DNA of 37,228 nucleotides from a virus (lineage: Duplodnaviria; Caudoviricetes): the IMG/VR virus record IMGVR_UViG_3300044806_000242, positions 1 to 37,228 of that record; one strand, 5' to 3'. Numbering within the stretch: position 1 is the first letter of the stretch; each line of letters opens with the position of its first letter. The notes beneath the pieces are model-generated. The model was not told the origin of the DNA, did not search any database, and worked only from the letters and a program-made list of their open reading frames with translations. This document shows, one piece after another, positions 8,958 through 15,962 of the stretch. Position numbers and translations under genes: made by a program.

Positions 8958-9182
8958 GATTTATGACCAGGCGTTTTGCTGGTCTTGCGATTTTCTCCTA
9001 GGCATCATCTTGACCTTCTTTCGATTTGTTCCTAGGCGTTTTGTCATGGCGTTTTCGCGCCCGACTCATTTTTGATTGATTTGGCTATCTGCATAAAACA
9101 ATCATTCTCCCAACACATTGCCTACAACAGCGGTTCATACTGAATTTACTGCGATTTTGCAGATTACTTATAAGGTTACATC

Positions 9183-9362
9183 ATGAACACAGAATTGGAC
9201 TTCTTAGCTGGTTTTATAGCGTTAATGTTAGTTGTTGGCGGTATCGTTACTATCATGTATGTGCTTGCTAAAGGTATCGAATACCTTGCAGGTCGCTATG
9301 ATTCATATAAGCGTGCCAAGCTCAGCAAGTTACCTGTTTTAGTTGTACGCAACATCCGTTAA
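9183..9362 (+). CDS. Small single-pass membrane protein (59 aa; absent from the ORF track)
   Basis: AAGG RBS; MNTELDFLAGFIALMLVVGGIVTIMYVLAKG plus basic tail; CATACTGAATTT -10 element at 9136. Confidence 0.65.
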   Translation: MNTELDFLAGFIALMLVVGGIVTIMYVLAKGIEYLAGRYDSYKRAKLSKLPVLVVRNIR

Positions 9363-9398
9363 TCGAATAACTCACTACTTACTTATAGGACTACTATC

Positions 9399-9566
9399 AT
9401 GAAAACAACTCGCGCCCAATTAGATCGCTTTGCAGACAATCATATTATTGATGTACAGGAACCCGATGATTGGATGTATGCGATGCAGGAAGAAGGTGAA
9501 TTGGCCGGTCTCCGCTTTGACTACGCTCATTTTGCACCGAAGCTGGATGAGGAGGAAGTAGAGTAG
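9399..9566 (+). CDS. Small highly acidic protein (55 aa; absent from the ORF track)
   Basis: AGGA RBS; MKTTRAQLDRFAD...LDEEEVE. Confidence 0.65.
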   Translation: MKTTRAQLDRFADNHIIDVQEPDDWMYAMQEEGELAGLRFDYAHFAPKLDEEEVE

Positions 9567-9775
9567 GGCGGTAACGATGACCAGGGGACACCCTGGTTGT
9601 TCATCATTAAAGGTTTCCTAGGGCACGGGTACGGCTGGGCGGATGAACGAGCCCCGCTAGGAGTACGGCTGTGCTGATGAACGGGGTTGCCTAGGAGTAC
9701 GGCGCTGATGCTGGCTATATACGGCAGGACAACTGAATAGCGCCCTAGGAGGGTGCCGAAATCCGCCGAATCGCC

Positions 9776-9817
9776 AATGAGAATGATCCTCATCCGTAAA
9801 TGAGAATAGTCCTCATT
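9776..9817. promoter_or_regulatory. Tandem Fur-box-like palindromes
   Basis: AATGAGAATGATCCTCATC and AATGAGAATAGTCCTCATT versus the 7-1-7 Fur consensus TGATAATnATTATCA. Confidence 0.55.
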
Positions 9818-9926
9818 TACTTTGCGACCATAAAATGATTACATTGTCAACCAATAAAATGATTTATCTCATATTGTGAAAGAATCAAAAATAATTGATT
9901 TATCTCATAATGCGGAATGAAAACTA

Positions 9927-9954
9927 TTGATTTAGCTATGTATAAGAGTATGAT
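9927..9954 (+). promoter_or_regulatory. Sigma70-type promoter for paralog B
   Basis: TTGATT-16 nt-TATGAT, then leader hairpin TATCGGTT...AACCGATA. Confidence 0.55.
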
Positions 9955-10020
9955 CTTAGTTATCGGTTAAGCAATTATGCAAACCGATATTTATATAACT
10001 CACTTATAGAGGTTTACAAA

Positions 10021-10614
10021 ATGACTAAAGCAAACAAACAAGCTCAAGCAATTATCAATGCTATTCAATTCAGAATTGACAATGCAGAGAATGAGAATCA
10101 GAAGAGCACATTGCAAACTGAATTGAAAATGCTCTCTTCAGAATCAGGTATTGCCACTCTTAACAATGTCGCAAGTAATTATGATATTGATTTAGCTAAT
10201 CTCGCTAAGCAAATTAGCGTGCTCAAAACTGAGAGCAAACAAGACTATCTAGCAGTCTACGCGCTTCAAAAAGTACGCAAAACACTTACCGCTCTATCTA
10301 CTAAAAGTAAGTCTGCTATTGATGGTTATAGTAATGCGATACTCTTCAATCTCTCTGCTCTGCAAACACTTACCACTAAAGAATCTCGCATGGTAATGAG
10401 CAATGCAATCGAGTACTCAGAATTGGAGCAGGTCAATGCAATCAAGCGCACTATGAATTGCAATGAGTCAACCGCTAGTACTCAAGCAAGTTCTACTCGC
10501 ATGATGTTGAAAGCTCTTGATATTGCTAACGTTATCAAAAAGAACAAAAATGATGTTATTAGTTTTAAAGATAATAAAGCAAGTCAAGCTATCATAAGTT
10601 TCTACGCTAAGTAA
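10021..10614 (+). CDS. Putative DNA-binding protein, paralog B (TASTQASS family), GG/CC-depleted
   Basis: GAGG RBS; shares LAVYALQKVRK, ILFNL, AIEY.ELEQV and TASTQASSTRMML with 6987..7589. Confidence 0.85.
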   Translation: MTKANKQAQAIINAIQFRIDNAENENQKSTLQTELKMLSSESGIATLNNVASNYDIDLANLAKQISVLKTESKQDYLAVYALQKVRKTLTALSTKSKSAIDGYSNAILFNLSALQTLTTKESRMVMSNAIEYSELEQVNAIKRTMNCNESTASTQASSTRMMLKALDIANVIKKNKNDVISFKDNKASQAIISFYAK

Positions 10615-10624
10615 GTAATGACTG

Positions 10625-10660
10625 AATGAGAGTGATTATCATTTGATAGTCATTCTCATT
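10625..10660. promoter_or_regulatory. Double Fur-box-like palindrome / hairpin
   Basis: AATGAGAGTGATTATCATT and TTTGATAGTCATTCTCATT, together a near-perfect 36 bp palindrome. Confidence 0.6.
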
Positions 10661-10742
10661 TAGCGAAATAAATCGGAAGTCTTAGAAAAAATCGGAAGGT
10701 CGTAAGGCGCTCCCTTCCTCGTTCCAGACCCCCCAATGACCC

Positions 10743-10915
10743 CCTTATACAGCCAGGCGAGGTTCCGACCATGCCTCCTTATACAGCCGAGCTATCCTGC
10801 GATCTATCCTTATACAGCCGAGCTGTTCCTCATCGGCTCCTCACAGAGCCATTCGAAAAGCCCGTTATTATACAAAAACCCCGACCGTATAATAACGTAA
10901 CCTTATACAGCCGAG
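10743..10915 (+). repeat. Direct repeats CCTTATACAGCC(GAG) with an embedded 11 bp inverted repeat
   Basis: Copies at 10743, 10777, 10808, 10901; degenerate copy at 10839; CGTTATTATAC/GTATAATAACG at 10863-10897. Confidence 0.85.
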
Positions 10916-10924
10916 ACCTATGCC

Positions 10925-11203
10925 ATGACCGAATCCACCTATGAAACTTCCCCTGAGCAGTTAAAGCTCATTCAAAGAATCTATGAAATGGGGGAGGGCA
11001 GTTATCGCCAAGTCAAGGCTCTGCCCGATGGGTCAATCGCTGCCATTGGCGATTTGATATATACCCGTGCTATATACCTAGGCTGTGATGTCTGGGGTTA
11101 CGCTCGTCGATTCTGCTTTGACGATAAAGCGTTGGCTGATCTTCGCTTCTCCGAGCTGGTCTCTGAAGATGACGAGCCTACCGGAGGTATTGCCAAGCGC
11201 TAA
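10925..11203 (+). CDS. Phage hypothetical protein
   Basis: 92 aa ORF with a G...GY.RRFCF...A...DEP.G pattern. Confidence 0.65.
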   Translation: MTESTYETSPEQLKLIQRIYEMGEGSYRQVKALPDGSIAAIGDLIYTRAIYLGCDVWGYARRFCFDDKALADLRFSELVSEDDEPTGGIAKR

Positions 11204-11265
11204 TTACCATCATGATGGTCAATACAGGTGTTTTGGCTGTCTATTAACCATCATGGTAGTAAACA

Positions 11266-11349
11266 TGGTGCGAATGAAGGGACTCGAACCCTTACGCTAT
11301 GAGGCGAGAGGTTTAAGTCCCTTGTGTCTACCGATTCCACCACATTCGC
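11266..11349 (-). tRNA. tRNA-Leu(TAA)-like gene with an aberrant anticodon arm
   Basis: GCGAATG/CATTCGC acceptor stem, D arm GTGGAATCGGTAGACAC, long variable arm, T arm AAGGG-TTCGAGT-CCCTT, encoded ACCA. Confidence 0.85.
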
Positions 11350-11630
11350 TTTACCGCTTACTCTCCCAGGCTTTCCGCGATCTTGGCCAGTTGTTCAGGA
11401 GTCAGTTTAGAGAGCTTCTTCATGAGAGCCGACTGGAAAACGAAGTCTAACTCAGCTTGAGGTATCTTTGGGTAAAAAAATACCCCTACAAGGTAGAGGT
11501 ATGGAGGGTAAAGTTGTTTTACTTACTCAGAACAGAGAAAAGGTCAAGTTCTTGGTACTTAAAGTATACCGGCCTCGAGCTTGCGGGTGAAAAGAATCTG
11601 ACCCGTCGATGCGGTGGCATCGATTTGGCC

Positions 11631-11816
11631 TCAATCTTCAGGGTGAATGAACCCAATCGGCGTGGTCGCATCGATTTCCTCACCTTCCTCGTCTGGTTCA
11701 TACGGCATGTTCTGTAGAAAGAACAGTCCAAAGAGCGCTAAAGGGTTGGTGGTCAGAACCAGAGTGATACCGATAAGCACCATGATGGCTAAGTTCAAGT
11801 ATAGAAAGGGTTTCAT
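11631..11816 (-). CDS. Small membrane protein
   Basis: Hydrophobic N-terminal hairpin, acidic tail ending PIGF; AAGG RBS; operator at 11858-11873 upstream. Confidence 0.7.
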   Translation of the reverse strand: MKPFLYLNLAIMVLIGITLVLTTNPLALFGLFFLQNMPYEPDEEGEEIDATTPIGFIHPED

Positions 11817-11976
11817 GGCTGCCTTTTATTAAAGTTTCATGCACTTCAGTATATAACAAGTCAGCAGTGACGTATCAGGTCTTATACAAAACCAATGGTT
11901 TTGTAAACTATGAGATACATTTCACTGGTCAATATTTTGAGCATTAAGCGGGATAATGTTCAATATATTACACATT

Positions 11977-13524
11977 TTATGGCTCTAGTCCCAAGCTGGA
12001 ATAGTCGAAATCAACCCCTGGCTTGAGCACGTTCTCACCGAAGCCCTCGGTATCTTTCACGATACTGGCTCGCTGTAGCGCATGCTCCTTGAGGTAGCGA
12101 TTATGGTCATCTGCGAAGTCGATGATGAGTGCGATGTTCGGGCCCTTCTTCTTGGCTCGCAAACCGCGCCCAATACGCTGTCTGAGAGCAACCTCGGCTT
12201 TACCACCGCCACCCAGAACCACCATACCGACCGCAGGAACGTCTACACCAACGTCTAAGATCGTCGAACCTATCAGCGCATGTATCTGACCATTGGCGAG
12301 CTTCTTGAGTGCTTCCTTGCGTTCTTCTTGGTCATTGTCACCGTCGATGAACACCGCTTTGACACCTTTCGCTTTGAGAAGGTCTTTTAAGAGGTGCCCA
12401 TGCGCTTTCTGTTGGATGAGAATCATTGTCGATAGGTTGTGCCTGGCCGCTCGAGCTGTCTCGGCCACGATGCAGTTGTTCCGCTCTTCGTTGTTGACAA
12501 TGCCCAGACGGTAGGCTGCCTGCCAGGTCGTGCCTCGCATCAGGTTCTTGGGCTTGTCCTTGAGCTGAACGTACTTGAAGATCGGCTTGGCCAGAATGCC
12601 TCGGTCGATCAAGAGCTTCTCGGACACCTTGATACCGATCGAGCCAAAGGCAGCCATCAGCCGCATGTTCGACTCTTCGTCATCCTTCATGAACGGGGTG
12701 GCTGTCAGAGCCAGGCGGTAGTGAGCGTTCTTGCAGTGGCGAAGAATCTCGTAGTAGCTGTTCCCAGAGGCTTCATGAGCCTCTTCACCGATCACCAGCT
12801 CGAACTTGCTGAGAAGGCTGATCGTTTGGTTGCGTATGGCGGTCTGGCGGTTCTGATCCTCGGGTGAATCGTCAGGATTGGGCTCTTGAAGCCTCGAAAC
12901 CAGCGTTTGCACCATCCCTACACACATTTTCTTGATGAACTGGCGCCCATCGGAGTCTGTATGCCCGAATTTGCCGTCACCGAGCACCGAACACGGCACT
13001 TTTAGGTCAAGCTCGAACGTATCCTTCATTTGATACATCAAAATGCTTCGTGTAGTGAGAAAAAGGGTCGGTTTATTGATTCGCATGAAGGCAAGACGGG
13101 CAATTCTTGACTTTCCACCCCCAGTTGCGATCTGAGCAATCATCGAACCATGCTTTACCAGCCGATTCACCGTTTCCATCTGATAGTCATAGCGTGGGTC
13201 TTCTGGAAAGGCATCAACCACAGGGTTTTCGGGCCCAAGTGGTAGTGGAAGAGGTTTTCGGACCCTGTTGACCTTGTATCCACGCCTTGTAAGGTGTGCG
13301 GCCACGTAATTGACAAAACCTGCGGGAAAAGTCCCTGCACGAAAGTCGAAAAACGAGGATCGACCATCCCAATTGCCCATTTTGAATGCGGCCGAGTGTT
13401 CTGCACCCGAAACTCGATAAGAAACGAGACTTTGCACCTCCAGCTTGACTGCGCGGTCAGGTTCATGGAGCTTTGCGATGGTCGCATTGTAAGCAATGGT
13501 AACAACTGGAGTAGTTTTATTCAT
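11977..13524 (-). CDS. Superfamily 2 DNA helicase (UvsW/XPB-like)
   Basis: Q motif YDYQ, Walker A ATGGGKS, motif II EEAH, motif III TAT, DVGVDVP, QRIGRGLR. Confidence 0.92.
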   Translation of the reverse strand: MNKTTPVVTIAYNATIAKLHEPDRAVKLEVQSLVSYRVSGAEHSAAFKMGNWDGRSSFFDFRAGTFPAGFVNYVAAHLTRRGYKVNRVRKPLPLPLGPENPVVDAFPEDPRYDYQMETVNRLVKHGSMIAQIATGGGKSRIARLAFMRINKPTLFLTTRSILMYQMKDTFELDLKVPCSVLGDGKFGHTDSDGRQFIKKMCVGMVQTLVSRLQEPNPDDSPEDQNRQTAIRNQTISLLSKFELVIGEEAHEASGNSYYEILRHCKNAHYRLALTATPFMKDDEESNMRLMAAFGSIGIKVSEKLLIDRGILAKPIFKYVQLKDKPKNLMRGTTWQAAYRLGIVNNEERNNCIVAETARAARHNLSTMILIQQKAHGHLLKDLLKAKGVKAVFIDGDNDQEERKEALKKLANGQIHALIGSTILDVGVDVPAVGMVVLGGGGKAEVALRQRIGRGLRAKKKGPNIALIIDFADDHNRYLKEHALQRASIVKDTEGFGENVLKPGVDFDYSSLGLEP

Positions 13525-13562
13525 ATAAGGGCTTGCGGTTTCTTTGTATAAGGATTATAGTC

Positions 13563-13578
13563 CAGTCATTCGTGACTT
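13563..13578. promoter_or_regulatory. Operator between the divergent helicase and ParB operons
   Basis: CAGTCATTCGTGACTT. Confidence 0.65.
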
Positions 13579-13592
13579 ACTATAGGCATACT

Positions 13593-14249
13593 GTGAAACC
13601 CCAGAACAAAACCAAAACGGAGATGATTGACCCGCGTCAGCTATGGTCAAACTCATGGAACACCAACATCGTGTCTCCCGAGAATGAAGCAAAGCTCGAG
13701 GAAAGCATTCGAAGGTTCGGACTGTTCAAGCCGATTGTCGTGCGTGAGCGAATAGACGGAGAACTAGAAATTATTGGTGGCGAGCACCGCTGTGACATCG
13801 CCATTCGACTGGGATACGAAGAAGTCCCAGTCATCAACCTGGGCAAGATCGACGACAAGAAGGCCAAAGAGATCGGGCTGGTCGATAACGGTCGCTACGG
13901 TGCCGACGACACCTTGCAACTGGCTGGCTTACTGGGCGAGCTGGGGGTGAGCGCAGAAGAGCTGTCAACCTTCATGCCGTACTCGGAATCCGAGTTCGCC
14001 AGCATCTTCTCGAGTGTGGACATCGATCTGGACGACCTCGACCTTCCGGACGACATGGAAACACCTGTCACCCCCTCGACCAAACCCGCCCAAACGCATC
14101 AAATCATGCGTTTTAAGATTCCCCTAGATGATGTTGGAACAATTACCGACATGATCGAACGAACAATGAAGGAGCAACGTTTCGGCGATGAAGATTCTCT
14201 ATCAAATGCCGGCAATGCTCTTGTCCACATTCTTACTAAAAAGGACTGA
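13593..14249 (+). CDS. ParB/Srx N-terminal domain protein 1
   Basis: N.WN.N, SIRRFGLFKPIVVR, IIGGEHR; start uncertain (GTG 13593 or ATG 13623). Confidence 0.88.
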   Translation: MKPQNKTKTEMIDPRQLWSNSWNTNIVSPENEAKLEESIRRFGLFKPIVVRERIDGELEIIGGEHRCDIAIRLGYEEVPVINLGKIDDKKAKEIGLVDNGRYGADDTLQLAGLLGELGVSAEELSTFMPYSESEFASIFSSVDIDLDDLDLPDDMETPVTPSTKPAQTHQIMRFKIPLDDVGTITDMIERTMKEQRFGDEDSLSNAGNALVHILTKKD

Positions 14250-14250
14250 G

Positions 14251-14448
14251 ATGGCTAGCACAAACAAATTCGAAGAATGTTCCCGTTGCGTCAATCGTGA
14301 GTTTGACCCGTTCGAGTGCGACGACTGTGTGGATGCTTGCAATTTCGAGCCCTACGAAGAAGACGAGGACATCGACGACAGCAATGAGGAATATGTAGAG
14401 GAGATGACAATCTCGGAATTTAAGAACTTTTGGAAAGGCCAAGCATGA
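14251..14448 (+). CDS. Small Cys-rich acidic protein
   Basis: CxxC...CxxC pattern with an acidic tract; AAGGA RBS. Confidence 0.65.
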   Translation: MASTNKFEECSRCVNREFDPFECDDCVDACNFEPYEEDEDIDDSNEEYVEEMTISEFKNFWKGQA

Positions 14449-15110
14449 GTAAAGACATCCCGGGAAAGATCGAAGCATGGTCGATCGATAAAGTTCTGCC
14501 GTATGAGTTGAACGCCAAGATTCACGATGCGAAACAAGTTGACCGTATCGCCAAGTCGATCAAGGAGTTCGGCTGGGATCAGCCCATCGTCGTCGATAAG
14601 AACGGTGTGGTCATCAAAGGTCATGGCCGTCGCCTGGCCGCGATCAAGCTCGGTTTCACCAGCGTTCCTGTCTGGGTACGTGACGATCTCACCGACGAGC
14701 AGGTACGTGCCTCACGCCTGGCTGATAACCGCGTAGCCCTATCTGACATCGACAGCGGAATCCTTCAGCGCGAGCTGGAGTCACTGGACTTCGACCTTGA
14801 CGGGATCTTCGATAAGAAAGAACTCGAATTCATTGAAGCCGACCTCGGCACATTCAATGAAGACGCCTTTGTGGACGACATTGAAGTTGAAGTGAACAAG
14901 CAAGCAGAGGAGTCAACCCGAAAGGTTGCCGAAACCGATGCTCGTGAAGTGCCTATCGCCAAAGCGTTAGGTTTTAAAACGATCAAAGGAGCAGACGAAC
15001 GCCATGTGGCCAAGTTCATGGCTCAGATCGAAGCAGAACTCGACTTAGAAGCGGAGGAGGCATTTGTCGCGTTTATCAAAAACCTAATGGAGGGAGTAAG
15101 TCATGAGTGA
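14445..15110 (+). CDS. ParB/Srx N-terminal domain protein 2
   Basis: PYELNAKIH, SIKEFGWDQPIVVD, GHGRRLAA, RLADNR. Confidence 0.9.
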   Translation: MSKDIPGKIEAWSIDKVLPYELNAKIHDAKQVDRIAKSIKEFGWDQPIVVDKNGVVIKGHGRRLAAIKLGFTSVPVWVRDDLTDEQVRASRLADNRVALSDIDSGILQRELESLDFDLDGIFDKKELEFIEADLGTFNEDAFVDDIEVEVNKQAEESTRKVAETDAREVPIAKALGFKTIKGADERHVAKFMAQIEAELDLEAEEAFVAFIKNLMEGVSHE

Positions 15111-15591
15111 GGTAGTTTGGAAGCCGGTGATCGGTTTTGAATCAACTCACGATGTCTCGAGTGATGGGCAAGTTCGGTCAAGGCGACGAGTTTTAAAACA
15201 AAGCAAAAGTAACTGTGGTTACATGATGGTTAATATCTGTGCAAACGGAAAGCAGAAAACATTTAATGTTCACGCACTCGTAGCGCAAGCGTTTCATGGA
15301 AAACCAGCAAGGAAAATGCAAGTTCGTCATCTTGATGGCAATAAAGAAAACAACACAAGTGCAAACCTATGCTATGGCACAAAAAGCCAAAACGAACGAG
15401 ATAAATTAGCTCATGGCACATCCAATCACGGAGAGCGGTCTGTGACGGCTCGCCTTACGACGAAGCAAGTAAACGCTTTGCGTTCGCGTGTTAAGTTTTA
15501 TGGATGTATTGCAAAGTGGGCTCGAGAATTAAAGGTAAATGCCGCAACAATAAGTCTGATTCTTTCAGGCAAAACATGGAGGATTGCATAA
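15103..15591 (+). mobile_element. NUMOD4-HNH homing endonuclease
   Basis: WKPVIGFE...VSSDGQVRS, VHALVAQAF, VRHLDGNKENN...NL, C-terminal HTH. Confidence 0.9.
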
Positions 15592-15962
15592 TGTCAGAGG
15601 TATACAACGGATTGCCTCGTAGAGTCAAGATCGGGGCATATACGTTCCGCATCACGATTACCAACGAGGAGAAATGCTCAGATTTAGTGGATTGCGATGG
15701 CATCACCATATTTGAAAACTTTCGCATCTATCTGGACGAGACCCTGCCACGCCAGCGAGCAATCAATGTCGTTCAGCACGAGCTGACGCACGCAATCAAC
15801 TGGGTCTATGGAATCGATGACGGTGCCGAGGAGGAACACATCACGACCCAGCACACCAACGGCCTAATCGAGATGTGGGTAAGCAATCCCAAGGTCTTCA
15901 ACTGGACGGCCAAGAACCTTCGACTCATGAAGCGTGAGAACGCAGTGGATGAAGCCGAATGA
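15591..15962 (+). CDS. HExxH zinc-metallopeptidase-like protein
   Basis: QHELTHAI...EEEH; GGAGG RBS before ATG 15591. Confidence 0.75.
   Translation: MSEVYNGLPRRVKIGAYTFRITITNEEKCSDLVDCDGITIFENFRIYLDETLPRQRAINVVQHELTHAINWVYGIDDGAEEEHITTQHTNGLIEMWVSNPKVFNWTAKNLRLMKRENAVDEAE

Larger units (their letters stand above)
5857..9749. repeat. Dispersed array of 20 CCTAGG palindromes, almost all intergenic
   Basis: Copies at 5857, 6573, 6679, 6797, 7652, 7762, 7858, 7920, 8002, 8491, 8510, 8549, 8599, 8614, 8624, 8997, 9031, 9617, 9690, 9744. Confidence 0.9.

Noticed and set aside
10743-10915. CRISPR-like array
   Set aside because: Repeats are only 12-15 bp with 16-22 nt gaps, and there are no cas genes; binding sites fit better.
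10743-10915. LexA SOS boxes (ATACAG half-sites)
   Set aside because: No complete CTGT-N8-ACAG palindrome; only direct half-sites.
11266-11349. tRNA as a prophage attachment boundary
   Set aside because: Phage-type genes and the same operator motif occur on both sides, and no integrase or host genes are visible.
11085-11450. 121 aa ORF
   Set aside because: Runs antisense across the tRNA and overlaps 10925..11203.
13593-15110. ParABS plasmid partition system
   Set aside because: No ParA in the window and no evident HTH; these look like terminase-associated ParB-N proteins.
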